Notes under the pieces: model-generated
The model's input: only the letters and a program-made list of their open reading frames with translations
Databases searched by the model: none
What the model was told of the DNA's origin: nothing
Program-made: the position numbers and the translations under genes
Assembly (NCBI GenBank): GCA_003281795.1
Contig: QCAW01000001.1
Location: 15,206 to 79,205 of the forward strand
Direction of reading: 5' to 3'
From: Pelagibacteraceae bacterium AG-345-F21
Lineage (GTDB): Bacteria; Pseudomonadota; Alphaproteobacteria; Pelagibacterales; Pelagibacteraceae
Length of the DNA stretch: 64,000 nucleotides
Shown here: positions 35,470 through 45,454 of the stretch, in pieces
Numbering within the stretch: position 1 is the stretch's first letter
Layout of the letters: each line of letters opens with the position of its first letter

Positions 35470-37171
35470 AGTCTTTATAAAATTCATCATTTTTTATGGC
35501 TAAAATAGGTCCAATTTTTTCTATAATTTTGCCTGCTGTATACACTGAGTTCCAACCAGCCTCATTTCTTGTGCCTTTTATCTTCATCCCTCTATAATTA
35601 TAAATTAAATTTTTTGCGACTTGTGGGTTTTCTAACATTACTAGCAAAGCATATTTTGGACTTTGAGAGGGGAAAATTGATATAAAAGTATTTATATTTT
35701 CATTTCTATTGCCATATTTTTGAGAAGTTCCAGTTTTTCCTCCTACATCATAACCGTAAATGTCTGCCAAGCTAGCTGTCCCCTCTTGTTCTGTTACGAC
35801 CTTTCTTAAAATTTTATTAATTTCTTTGCTAGTATCAGGAGAAATAATTTGTTTTTTTTCTAATTTTTCTTTTTTAATTAGAGTGGGAGAAATGATTTTA
35901 CCACCATTGACCAACGCTGCATAAGTTGCTGTAGCTTGAAGAGGTGTTACAGTTATACCATGTCCATAAGAAATAGTTTCTAATTTACATTTATCCCATT
36001 TAAAACTTAGAGGGTTACCCAGCTCTTCTAGTTGGATATTAGGAGGAGCCAGTAATTTTGTTTGATTTAAAAATTCCTTATAATCCTCTTCACCAATTTT
36101 TTGAGCTAACATTAATGTTCCGATATTTGAAGATCTTATTAAAATATCTTCTACAGACAAATGTTTGGGAAATTCTTTTATATCTGAAATTTCATGAATT
36201 GAACATTTAACTTTCCTTGGAATATTATTGATAATTGTATCAGAAGAAACTAGATTTTTTTCTATTGCTAAAGCTATAGTAAATGTTTTAAAAATAGAAC
36301 CTAGTTCATATATTCCTTTTGTAATTTTATTTATATAGTTTTTGTCTGTAATACTTTCTCTAATGTTAATATTATAATTAGGAAGAGAAACCAAAGATAA
36401 AACCTCGCCATTATTTACGTCCATCAATAACGCTGCTCCCCCAGTCGCATTAAAAATGTGCAACGCATTGTTTAATTCTTTATCTACTATATGCTGAATA
36501 TTCGTATCTAATGTTAATTGTAGAGGGTAATTCATAAGTTTTTTTTCTTTTAATTCTGTGTCAAAATATTTTTCTACTCCAGAAACACCGAAGTTATCAT
36601 AATCAACTTGACCTAGAATATGGCTGTAAAGATTTGCATTAGTATAAATTCTTGATTGGAACGGTTCAAATATTATTCCTTTTTCACCTAATGCCCATAA
36701 TCTTTCTTTGTCTTTTTGATCAAGTCTTCTTTTTAAATAAAAATATTTTCCTTCTTTAAGTTTAAGTCTAAGAAATTCATTTGAAATTTCTGGAAAATTA
36801 ATTCTAATTTTTAATAAAAAGTTTTTTTTATCTTTAATTAGGCTAGGATTAATTGCAGCATGATAAGAGTTGATATTTCTTGATATTATGGAATTATTTC
36901 TATCAACGATATCTCTTCTTAAAGAAATTAATTTAGAGTAATTGCTTTTATTATTTAAAATTTCAGGATTTTTTAAAGATACGAAAGTAATTTTAATTGA
37001 AAAAATTAAAATTAGAGAAAAAAATAGAAAAAAAAGAAGATAAATTCTATCTTGAGAAATTGTAGAACTTGTTTTTTTTTTATTTTTTTGATTAGTTTCT
37101 AAATAATCTTCAAAATAAAAGCTTGTTTGGTTTTCATTATAATTCTTTTTTTTTTTATTTTTTTTTTTCAT
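35447..37171 (-). CDS. ftsI: Class B PBP / septal transpeptidase FtsI
   Basis: SIFK (SxxK), SSN, KTGT motifs. Confidence 0.93.
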   Translation of the reverse strand: MKKKNKKKKNYNENQTSFYFEDYLETNQKNKKKTSSTISQDRIYLLFFLFFSLILIFSIKITFVSLKNPEILNNKSNYSKLISLRRDIVDRNNSIISRNINSYHAAINPSLIKDKKNFLLKIRINFPEISNEFLRLKLKEGKYFYLKRRLDQKDKERLWALGEKGIIFEPFQSRIYTNANLYSHILGQVDYDNFGVSGVEKYFDTELKEKKLMNYPLQLTLDTNIQHIVDKELNNALHIFNATGGAALLMDVNNGEVLSLVSLPNYNINIRESITDKNYINKITKGIYELGSIFKTFTIALAIEKNLVSSDTIINNIPRKVKCSIHEISDIKEFPKHLSVEDILIRSSNIGTLMLAQKIGEEDYKEFLNQTKLLAPPNIQLEELGNPLSFKWDKCKLETISYGHGITVTPLQATATYAALVNGGKIISPTLIKKEKLEKKQIISPDTSKEINKILRKVVTEQEGTASLADIYGYDVGGKTGTSQKYGNRNENINTFISIFPSQSPKYALLVMLENPQVAKNLIYNYRGMKIKGTRNEAGWNSVYTAGKIIEKIGPILAIKNDEFYKDYVAKKSN

Positions 37172-37484
37172 TTTTTATTTTTAACTTTGTCAAATTACTT
37201 CGATTATTAATATAATCTCCATAACTTAAAAATATTCTTGAAAAATCCATTGGTGAATACTGAGTGTAAGATAATTCATCAATTTTTTTTGAAAGATAGC
37301 CAGGAGATGAAAGATAATAATAATCTAACTGAACTTCATGCAAGTCATTTTCAATTTTTGCTAATACTACATTAGTTTTGTAAATTTTTTTTTCAATTAT
37401 TCTAGTTTGAGTTTTGATTATTGAAGTAAATCCCAGTAAGATAGAGAAAATACAAATAGATACTAAAATTTTAACTTTAAACAT
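37155..37484 (-). CDS. ftsL: FtsL-like cell division protein
   Basis: TM + coiled coil + YLSSP motif, between rsmH and ftsI. Confidence 0.75.
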   Translation of the reverse strand: MFKVKILVSICIFSILLGFTSIIKTQTRIIEKKIYKTNVVLAKIENDLHEVQLDYYYLSSPGYLSKKIDELSYTQYSPMDFSRIFLSYGDYINNRSNLTKLKIKNEKKK

Positions 37485-38490
37485 AAGAACTCTCTAATTC
37501 TAAATAATTTCGAAATTTGTTAATTAAATCTTTTGGATAAATAAATTTGTTTTTATTTCTTACTGCAAACCTTAATTTTGCAGAACGAGACGGAAGATTT
37601 TTAGATATTTCCTCTTTTGAGGGCCTTAAAATAATATTTTTATAAATTTCAAACAGTGTTGTACTTGTTTGATCTTGTTTAGGAAAATACCTTGATGGGT
37701 TTGATCTATTTTTAGAAAAATTATTAAAAAAAAATTTAACAATTTTATCCTCTATCGAATGAAAACTCACTATCAAGATCTTTCCTCCAGGTTTTAAGAT
37801 TTTCGTTGCATTTATCAATCCTTTAGATAACTCCGTTATTTCTTTATTAACAAATATTCTTAATGCTTGAAAAGTTTTAGTACATGGATCTATTTTCTGA
37901 GAATAATTTTTTTTTTTACTTTTTTTTATAATTTCTACAAGTTCACTTACTTTTGTTATCTTTTTAATGGATCTAAATTTAATTATATTTTTTACAATTT
38001 TAGATGCTTCTCTTTCTTCGCCCAAAACTTTAATAATCAATTTTAATTTTTGTTCACTGCATTTATTGATTACCTGCTCGGCCGAAATAGTTGACAATCC
38101 CATTGACATATCTAAAGATTCTTTTGACTTAAAAGAAAAACCTCTTTTTAAATTTTTTAATTGATATGAAGATAAACCTAAGTCAAAAATTGCTACGTCA
38201 ATTTTTTGACCTTGGACTATAGTGTCTAGCTCACTAAATTTTTTGTGGAAAAAAGTAAATCTTTTTGGGTATTTTTTTTCTAAATTTTTAGCTATTTTAA
38301 AAATATATTCATCTCTATCAAGTGCAATTACTTTTGTTTGAGAAAATTTTAATATTTTTTTGGAGTAGCCGCCACCTCCAAATGTACAATCTAAAAAAGT
38401 ATATCCCTTTTTTGGAGAACAAATTTTAATTACATCGTCCAGCATTACTGGAAAATGCTTTAAGTCCAGTAATAAAGGTTGGTTGAGCAT
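37477..38490 (-). CDS. rsmH: 16S rRNA m4C1402 methyltransferase
   Basis: HFPVML, DCTFGGGGYS, FQALRIFVN, SFHSIEDKIVK, SRSAKLR. Confidence 0.96.
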   Translation of the reverse strand: MLNQPLLLDLKHFPVMLDDVIKICSPKKGYTFLDCTFGGGGYSKKILKFSQTKVIALDRDEYIFKIAKNLEKKYPKRFTFFHKKFSELDTIVQGQKIDVAIFDLGLSSYQLKNLKRGFSFKSKESLDMSMGLSTISAEQVINKCSEQKLKLIIKVLGEEREASKIVKNIIKFRSIKKITKVSELVEIIKKSKKKNYSQKIDPCTKTFQALRIFVNKEITELSKGLINATKILKPGGKILIVSFHSIEDKIVKFFFNNFSKNRSNPSRYFPKQDQTSTTLFEIYKNIILRPSKEEISKNLPSRSAKLRFAVRNKNKFIYPKDLINKFRNYLELESSYV

Positions 38491-38508
38491 AATTATAAAG
38501 TAAAGACA

Positions 38509-39993
38509 TTAAAATTTTTGTTTTCTTAAAAATGCAGGTATTTCGAAGTCTTCCTCTTCTATTGTGTCTTGATCAAATAAATTTGCTGAATAATTATCAT
38601 TACTTTCTTCTTTATCTGCTTCAGATTCTTGATGACTTTCGTCAGAAAAAAGTTTTGGAGTATATTCTTCATCTGTGGTTTCTTTATCTAAAATGACTTC
38701 ATTTGTGTCTTGAATCAATGGATTTTCATTATTGTTTTCCATATAAGACGCACTTTCTATTGAAACTCCTTCAGGAAGATCGTTTTCTTCAAGAGCTGCC
38801 TCTTTTTGGGGTTCTTCAATATTTGGTGAAATATTGCTTATTTGAGCGTTTTGTTCTTGCTCATCAATTTCAAACTTTTCATCCAATTTCAAAGCTGTAG
38901 CACCTTCTATTGAATTTAAAGTGTTGTTCTCAATTTTTGAATTGTTAGAAAATAGACCTTCTGAATACCCGGTATTTCTATTTTGTAACCTATTGAACAT
39001 ATTCAAAACAGTTTTAGACTCTGTTTTATGACCATCCAAAGCAGTCGCAACAATTGAAACCCTTATTTTTCCACTCATATTCTCATCTTTAATAGCCCCA
39101 AAAATAATTTCTGCTTCAGGATCAACTTCGGCTCTTATCTTTTGAACTGTTTGATCTACTTCAAATAAAGTTAGATCTTTACCTCCCGTAATATTAATTA
39201 ATAACCCTTTAGCTCCTTGAAGCGAATATTCGTCAATTAAAGGATTGTTTAATGCCATATCAGTAGCTGACATTGCTCTATTTTCTCCTTCTGCTTCACC
39301 TGTTCCCATCATTGCTTTGCCCATTGAGCTCATAACTGTTTCAACATCTGCAAAATCAAGATTTATCATTCCCGGTCTTACCATCAAATCAGTTACACTT
39401 TGAACTCCTTGTTTAAGAACGTCATTTGATAAGTTGAATGACTCTTCAAAAGTTGTAGTTTCACTTGCAATTTTAAAAAGGTTTTGATTAGGAACTACAA
39501 TTACAGTGTCTAAATGTTTTTTCAGTTCCTCAAGTCCTGCTATAGCTCTTCTCATTCTTTTAGGTCCTTCGTATGAAAAAGGAAGTGTTGTAACTCCTAC
39601 AGTTAATATATTTAATTCTCTCGCAGCTTTAGCAATTACATGAGAAGCTCCAGTTCCTGTTCCGCCTCCCATACCAGAGGTTATAAAAACCATATTACTA
39701 CCTTGTATATAACTAACAATTTCGTTTAGAGACTCGTCTGCAGCTGCTTGACCGATGTCGTGCTTTGCGCCAGCTCCCAGTCCTTTAGTTAGGTTCATCC
39801 CTATTTGAATTTTGGCATCAGCTTTACTCATTTTTAAATCTTGTGCATCTGTGTTTACTGCTACAAATTCAACTCCTTGCATTCCAGCCTCTATCATAGC
39901 GTTAATTGCATTTCCACCAGCTCCACCGACACCTAAAACCAAAATTCTAGGTTTCAACTCTTTAAGCTCACCTCCACCAATATTTATACTCAT
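38509..39993 (-). CDS. ftsZ: Cell division protein FtsZ (long acidic linker)
   Basis: GVGGAGGNA, GMGGGTGTG, NLDFADV, C-terminal DFEIPAFLRKQKF; ATG at 39993 with SD AGGGGAG. Confidence 0.97.
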   Translation of the reverse strand: MSINIGGGELKELKPRILVLGVGGAGGNAINAMIEAGMQGVEFVAVNTDAQDLKMSKADAKIQIGMNLTKGLGAGAKHDIGQAAADESLNEIVSYIQGSNMVFITSGMGGGTGTGASHVIAKAARELNILTVGVTTLPFSYEGPKRMRRAIAGLEELKKHLDTVIVVPNQNLFKIASETTTFEESFNLSNDVLKQGVQSVTDLMVRPGMINLDFADVETVMSSMGKAMMGTGEAEGENRAMSATDMALNNPLIDEYSLQGAKGLLINITGGKDLTLFEVDQTVQKIRAEVDPEAEIIFGAIKDENMSGKIRVSIVATALDGHKTESKTVLNMFNRLQNRNTGYSEGLFSNNSKIENNTLNSIEGATALKLDEKFEIDEQEQNAQISNISPNIEEPQKEAALEENDLPEGVSIESASYMENNNENPLIQDTNEVILDKETTDEEYTPKLFSDESHQESEADKEESNDNYSANLFDQDTIEEEDFEIPAFLRKQKF

Positions 39994-40454
39994 ACCATCT
40001 CCCCTTTTTGTTTGTTTTCCCATTTTAAGTTAGATCTATTTTGATATGCCTTTTTTCTTGCTACTACTTTGAATTTTTCAAATACTTTTGGCTCCCATAT
40101 TTGAAATGTTTTGCCAAGACCAACAAATAAAATATTATTTTTTATTTTTGCATGATCTAATAATTTTTTCGTAAAGGACACTCTACCTTCAGTATCAAAT
40201 TGCAAATTCACACTTTCTGATAATATCGAAGTAGCAAAATAATCTCTTTTTTCTTCAAAAGGATTTAATGAGTCTATTGTATTAGATAATTTTTCTATTC
40301 TATCTTGCGAACAAGCATCTAGAGCAGAATGATTGAAAGATGGATAACAGATAAAACCATTGTAACCCATCGAACCTAAATGAGATCTAAAAGTTGCAGG
40401 CACAGAAACCCTTCCCTTTTTGTCTAATTTGTTTTCGAAACTTGATAAAAACAT
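39990..40454 (-). CDS. mraZ: Transcriptional regulator MraZ
   Basis: LDKKGRVSVPATFR and FDTEGRV DxxGR repeats, FQIWEP. Confidence 0.95.
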   Translation of the reverse strand: MFLSSFENKLDKKGRVSVPATFRSHLGSMGYNGFICYPSFNHSALDACSQDRIEKLSNTIDSLNPFEEKRDYFATSILSESVNLQFDTEGRVSFTKKLLDHAKIKNNILFVGLGKTFQIWEPKVFEKFKVVARKKAYQNRSNLKWENKQKGEMV

Positions 40455-40505
40455 ATTTAATTAAAACCTTCGTATTATTAAATTTTTTCAAATCACCCTC
40501 CGTTT

Positions 40506-40530
40506 TGGGATTATTTGGGATAGTATGGGT
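40506..40530. promoter_or_regulatory. MraZ operator: three TGGGN repeats at 10-bp periodicity
   Basis: tggga ttatt tggga tagta tgggt upstream of mraZ. Confidence 0.8.
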
Positions 40531-40607
40531 TTTAATTAAATAGTCAATGAATAAGTAAACTTGCTATTTAGTACAAATGTAGAACATTTAAGAATAAGTT
40601 TAATATT

Positions 40608-40966
40608 TGCCAGACAGTCTATAAGCCGGGTTCTGTCATTTAAGTTGTCATTTCTCTAGGCTTAAATTCACATTTAAGCTCAAGCGGTTAACCCAGAAGA
40701 CTAACAAAAGACTGTTTTTTGCACTTTCATGCAGTGTCTTCTCTATTTAACCTTGCTCCCAGTGGGGTTTGCCGTGCGTTTTTTGTTACCAAAAAACCGG
40801 TGAGCTCTTACCTCGCCGTTTCACCCTTGCCTTGATTAGGCGGTTTATTTTCTGTGGCACTATCCCTGAAGTCACCTTCGCCAGCCATTAACTGGCACTG
40901 TGTCTTTTTGGAGCCCGGACTTTCCTCTATTAGAAACTCTAATAGCGACAATCCAACTATCTGGCA
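40608..40966 (-). ncRNA. rnpB: RNase P RNA (type A)
   Basis: GAGGAAAGTCCGGGCTCC near the 5' end, ACAGAACCCGGCTTAT near the 3' end, terminal P1 helix GCCAGATAGT/ACTGTCTGGC. Confidence 0.96.
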
Positions 40967-40995
40967 TATGCTATTTATTGTTTTTTATAGGAAAA

Positions 40996-41721
40996 TCAAG
41001 ACAAATTAAGTCGACTAGCTAAAAAATGGCTTATTTTAAAGGTTTTTTTATCGATTTTACCAGATACATTTTGTGGGTAAAATCTTCTTTGAAAAGCTTT
41101 AATTGGAAAAACATCTTTTTTAGACCTTCTATTAATTTCAAAATATCTATAACCAATTTTATATAAATTCCTAAAAAATTGTTTTTGAAAATCTTTGTTT
41201 TTAAATTCTATTTTTTTGGAATTTTGAACTTTATACCAAATTCCAAGATTATTATTTTTCAATTTTTTCCAAGGGAATTTTTCGCCAGGGTCTTTTTTTC
41301 TTTGTGGTGCAACATCAGAATGTCCGACTATGTTAGAATTCTTAATTTTGTATTTCTTTTTCAACTTTAAACATAATTGCATTAATCTTTTTAATTGAAT
41401 GCTAGTAAATTTTTCATATCCAAATTTATGACCTTTATTAATAAGTTCTATTCCAATAGAACACTTATTTAAATTTACAAAATTTTTCCATTTTGATTTA
41501 CCTGCATGCCATGCCACTTTATTGTCTTCCACCATTCGAAAAATTAAACCCTTTCTATCTATCAAGTAATGGCAGCTAACCTTAAAACGGGGATTTACCA
41601 GCCTTTTTATAGATACAATCTTAGATTGCATTCCTGTATAATGGATTACTATAATCTTAATATCCTTGAATTTTCTAGTTTTTTTAGAAAAGTTTGAAGA
41701 ATATATCGTTTTTATAGTCAT
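40996..41721 (-). CDS. N-acetylmuramoyl-L-alanine amidase (Amidase_2, AmpD/AmiD-like)
   Basis: VIHYTGM, VSCHYLI, AWHAGKS, GHSDVAPQRKKDPG. Confidence 0.92.
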   Translation of the reverse strand: MTIKTIYSSNFSKKTRKFKDIKIIVIHYTGMQSKIVSIKRLVNPRFKVSCHYLIDRKGLIFRMVEDNKVAWHAGKSKWKNFVNLNKCSIGIELINKGHKFGYEKFTSIQLKRLMQLCLKLKKKYKIKNSNIVGHSDVAPQRKKDPGEKFPWKKLKNNNLGIWYKVQNSKKIEFKNKDFQKQFFRNLYKIGYRYFEINRRSKKDVFPIKAFQRRFYPQNVSGKIDKKTFKISHFLASRLNLS

Positions 41722-41803
41722 TATTTCCGTAAGTAATTTATAAAATATAGACAAATTTTATCTAGCATAAAAGCAAATTTTCTATATATACCTAGATAAA
41801 CCT

Positions 41804-42538
41804 ATGAAATTCGGTAGATTTTATATTTTATTAGTCCCAATCCTACTTTTAATCTCATCAGAGGTTAAAGCGACTAATGAATGCTTCGAAAAAACGAGTA
41901 GAGCTATTTTTAAATTTAATTCCGGTTTTGACAATTTAATTTTAGAGCCTGTTGCTAAAGGTTACAATAAACTTCCTGAGCCTATAAAAAACGGTACAAG
42001 TAATTTTACATCAAACATTGCAACACTACTTTCTATACCAAACTTACTTGTTCAAGGAGAAATGAAATCTGCTGGAGACGCAACTGCAAGCTTTTTAATC
42101 AATACCACAATTGGAATAATTGGTTTTGCTAACCCAGCTGAAAAATTAGGGCTTAAAGCTCAAAAGGAAGATGTGGGACAAACTTTAGGAACTTATGGAT
42201 TTGGCCCAGGTTGTTATTTTGTTTTACCGATATTAGGACCTACTACTGCAAGAGACTCGATAGGTTTAATAGCAGATAGTTTTGTAGATCCATTTGCTCA
42301 CATAACTTGGAGAGAAAATGAACTTTTTGGAGTATCTGGCCAAAAATTAGATTATTTTGCTGTAAAAGGAACGACTGCAATAGACTTCAGGGCTGATAAC
42401 GACTCTAATTTTGAAAGCTTAGAAAAGAATTCTATAGATTTATATGCTTCTTTTAAAAGTCTATATTTACAAAACAGAGAGAATAAAATAAATAATTCCA
42501 GCGAAGGTACAGACGACTGGGGAAATTTAGATAACTAA
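41804..42538 (+). CDS. mlaA: MlaA/VacJ family lipid asymmetry protein
   Basis: FLINTTIGIIG, EDVGQTLG.YG, LPILGPTTARD. Confidence 0.92.
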   Translation: MKFGRFYILLVPILLLISSEVKATNECFEKTSRAIFKFNSGFDNLILEPVAKGYNKLPEPIKNGTSNFTSNIATLLSIPNLLVQGEMKSAGDATASFLINTTIGIIGFANPAEKLGLKAQKEDVGQTLGTYGFGPGCYFVLPILGPTTARDSIGLIADSFVDPFAHITWRENELFGVSGQKLDYFAVKGTTAIDFRADNDSNFESLEKNSIDLYASFKSLYLQNRENKINNSSEGTDDWGNLDN

Positions 42539-42552
42539 AACTGATTTTTAGA

Positions 42553-43152
42553 ATGAAAAAGTTAAGTCTAATTCTAATTTTATTTTTTTTAATTTTTCAA
42601 ATTAGCCTTGCTAATACCTATAGCACTGATCCTAAGATTTTTATAGATGAATTAGTCAAAGACGCTATAAATAACCTCTCTGATAAAAATACCACCAAAG
42701 ACGAGAAGAAAAAGTTTATCGAAAAAATAGCTGTTGAAAATGTTGATATAAATGCACTTGGTCTTTACACTTTAGGGGATTTAAGAAAAACAACAGATAA
42801 AGAAAATTTAATTCAATACCAGAAAACATTTAAAAATTATTTTTTAAAAAGTTTAACTTCAAGATTATCTGATTATTCTTCTAATAAATTTGAGGTAATA
42901 GATGCTGAAAAAAAGAGTGCAAATTACACCATGGTAAAATCAAAAATACTTGAAAGTGAAAATCAACCAGAAATAAAAATAGACTGGAGAATTTATACAA
43001 AAAATCCAGAGAAACCTTTAATAAGAGATCTGATAGTAGAAGGTCTTAGTTTGGCTAGGACTCAGAAAGAGGAGTTTTCTTCTATACTAAACTCTAATAA
43101 CAATGATATTAAAATACTAATATCTAAATTAGAAGAATTTAATTCTAATTGA
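42553..43152 (+). CDS. mlaC: MlaC/Ttg2D phospholipid-binding periplasmic protein
   Basis: Signal peptide; IDWR...IRDLIVEGLSLARTQKEEF. Confidence 0.9.
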   Translation: MKKLSLILILFFLIFQISLANTYSTDPKIFIDELVKDAINNLSDKNTTKDEKKKFIEKIAVENVDINALGLYTLGDLRKTTDKENLIQYQKTFKNYFLKSLTSRLSDYSSNKFEVIDAEKKSANYTMVKSKILESENQPEIKIDWRIYTKNPEKPLIRDLIVEGLSLARTQKEEFSSILNSNNNDIKILISKLEEFNSN

Positions 43153-44225
43153 AAAATATTTTAAAAAAAACTTTCTTATACTTAGGATTATTTTTAATTT
43201 TTGATGTTTTTTATAGTAATATTTTTCATAAAAAAAATATTAAGTACAATTGCATCAAGCACACCGGAAACTTCCATTATCTAGAAAAAAATTGTTCTGC
43301 GACAGAAAAATATGTGAAACAAACGAAAAGTTACAAAGTTTTTACAGATGAAAATGGTTTTCGATTTTCAGGAAAAAAAAGAGATTTATCAAATAAAGCA
43401 AACGTTATTATTTTAGGAGACTCTTTTATATATGGAATGGGATTGAGTTTTGAAAAAACTTTTCCTGGAATTCTTGAGAAGAAAAAAAATAATTTTAATA
43501 TTTATAACTTAGGAGTTGCCGGATATAGTCCTACTGTTTATCAATATCAAATCAAAAAGTTAATAGAAAAAAATATACTACCATCTAAAATATTCCTTAC
43601 TTTAGATATAAGTGATGTAAAAGATGAAGCTTCAAAATGGCAGATAGATAAAAATACTTTAAAACCTACCTATATTTTTGAAAAAAAAATTGAAGAAAAA
43701 AAACCATCATTTAAAAAGAAAAATTTTAAAGGATCAAGACTAATAGCGAGAAGTATAAATAATTTTTTTAGAAATATAAGACTGAATTTCAATACAAAAA
43801 AGGTTGAACCAGTAATTGATCCTGGTCAGACTGTCAGAGGCTCTTTTCTCTATCTTGATTTAGATGAGACTGATCAAACTTTATGGAAGCCAACAGGATT
43901 TGAAGGTTCGATTAATAAAATTAAAAAAAATATTGGTGACATAGCAGAGATTGCTTCAAATCTAAATGCAGAACTTTATTTATTAATATATCCATGGCCT
44001 GATACATTATATTACGGAACTGAAAAATTTGAATGGGAAAGTTTTGCAAAAGAACTCTGTAAAAATAACAATTGTAAAAAAGTAATAAATTTGTTTCCTG
44101 AATTTAAAAAAATTAAAAATGAAAACTTGAATTGGTATCATGACCTTTATATAGGAAATGATTTACATATTTCAGAGAAAGGTCAAAAAATTATTGCTAA
44201 TAAACTATTAAGAGAAGCTTTTTAA
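43149..44225 (+). CDS. Membrane-anchored SGNH/GDSL hydrolase family protein
   Basis: ILGDSFIYG, NLGVAGYSP, NDLHISEKG. Confidence 0.85.
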   Translation: MKNILKKTFLYLGLFLIFDVFYSNIFHKKNIKYNCIKHTGNFHYLEKNCSATEKYVKQTKSYKVFTDENGFRFSGKKRDLSNKANVIILGDSFIYGMGLSFEKTFPGILEKKKNNFNIYNLGVAGYSPTVYQYQIKKLIEKNILPSKIFLTLDISDVKDEASKWQIDKNTLKPTYIFEKKIEEKKPSFKKKNFKGSRLIARSINNFFRNIRLNFNTKKVEPVIDPGQTVRGSFLYLDLDETDQTLWKPTGFEGSINKIKKNIGDIAEIASNLNAELYLLIYPWPDTLYYGTEKFEWESFAKELCKNNNCKKVINLFPEFKKIKNENLNWYHDLYIGNDLHISEKGQKIIANKLLREAF

Positions 44226-44229
44226 TCTA

Positions 44230-45234
44230 ATGGATTTTAATAATAAACATTATCAAAGTTTAGACCTTTTAAGGGGAATTAGTGGATATGGTGTAGCTAT
44301 TTGTCATTTCCACGCTTTTGTCCACCAAAGTACCTTTTTTGAATATTTTTCTTTTTTATTTGTTGAATTTTTTTTTATTTTAAGTGGATTTGTACTTTAT
44401 CCTCAATTAATAGAAGTCTTAAATAATAAAAAAAATTTAATCATTTTTTATAAAAGACGATGGCTAAGAACTATTCCTTTGTTTGTTTTTTGTTTAGTTC
44501 TTATTTCAATATCATTTGGAGAATTGTTCTCATTAAATTTTTTAAAATATCTATTTTTTGTACAAGATTTTTTACCTAATTTTCTTACAAACAACTACTA
44601 CCCCGTGGTCTGGTCTCTCGCGATCGAAGAGTTTTTTTATTTAATTTTTCCTATAGTATTAATCTTTCTAGGTAAAAAAAATTTACTCAAAAAAATTTTA
44701 GCTTTTTTAGCTGTAATATATTTCTTTAAAATTATCTTAATCGGTAATTTTGACTCAAATTTTTACAGAACAGGTACTTTTTTTAGATTTGATGCAATCC
44801 TAATAGGATTTTTATTGCGTTTTTTTCTTACAAAATTTGATAATAAGACTTTTTTATTATTATCATTATTTTTTTCTTTATTGATTTACTACTATTTTAA
44901 GGATTTCATTATTAACGAGAATGAAAATAATTTAGCAAAATTCTTATTTGTTTTAAGTATACAAATTATAAGTGTTATTACACTCTTAACGTTTATAAAT
45001 TTTGAAAGATTGATTTCGAGTCAAAAATTAAAGAATTTTTATTCTTTGATTTCCAAACAAACCTACTCTGTATACTTATTTCATCTAATACTGATCCACG
45101 TTATGCTCAAAGGCGGATTTACTGGAAATTTTTCAACAATAATTTTTGTTTTAATGCTATTTGTAATTTCTTCAATATTATACTATTTTTTAGAGTTACC
45201 TTTTTTAAAAATCAGACCTAAGATTATAAAATGA
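44230..45234 (+). CDS. Acyltransferase family 3 (OafA/YrhL-like) membrane protein
   Basis: LDLLRG, FFILSGF, WSLAIEEFFY, YSVYLFH, LELPFL. Confidence 0.9.
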   Translation: MDFNNKHYQSLDLLRGISGYGVAICHFHAFVHQSTFFEYFSFLFVEFFFILSGFVLYPQLIEVLNNKKNLIIFYKRRWLRTIPLFVFCLVLISISFGELFSLNFLKYLFFVQDFLPNFLTNNYYPVVWSLAIEEFFYLIFPIVLIFLGKKNLLKKILAFLAVIYFFKIILIGNFDSNFYRTGTFFRFDAILIGFLLRFFLTKFDNKTFLLLSLFFSLLIYYYFKDFIINENENNLAKFLFVLSIQIISVITLLTFINFERLISSQKLKNFYSLISKQTYSVYLFHLILIHVMLKGGFTGNFSTIIFVLMLFVISSILYYFLELPFLKIRPKIIK

Positions 45235-45258
45235 TAATGAGAAATTAAAAAATTAGAA

Positions 45259-45372
45259 ATGAAAAAAAAAGATATTTTAAGAGCCCTAGTTGTAATGATA
45301 ATAATTTTTGTAATTATTAACTTTTTTTTAGGTGATAGTGGTCTAACTAAGTTTAATTACAGAATCTTTTAA
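45259..45372 (+). CDS. 37-aa small single-TM protein MKKKDILRALVVMIIIFVIINFFLGDSGLTKFNYRIF
   Basis: Basic N-terminus plus hydrophobic helix; fills the gap between the acyltransferase and the tRNA. Confidence 0.5.
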   Translation: MKKKDILRALVVMIIIFVIINFFLGDSGLTKFNYRIF

Positions 45373-45377
45373 TTTGT

Positions 45378-45454
45378 TGGTGGGCCCGCCAGGACTCGAA
45401 CCTGGGACCAATACATTATGAGTGTACTGCTCTAACCAACTGAGCTACAGGCCC
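45378..45454 (-). tRNA. tRNA with CAT anticodon, most likely tRNA-Ile2 (lysidine type)
   Basis: GGGCCTGTAGCTCAGTTGGTTAGAGCAGTACACTCATAATGTATTGGTCCCAGGTTCGAGTCCTGGCGGGCCCACCA; G1-C72 paired (not initiator). Confidence 0.9.

Noticed and set aside
39994-40023. Longer ftsZ start (MGKQTKRGDG)
   Set aside because: Lies inside mraZ; the SD and ATGA overlap support ATG 39993.
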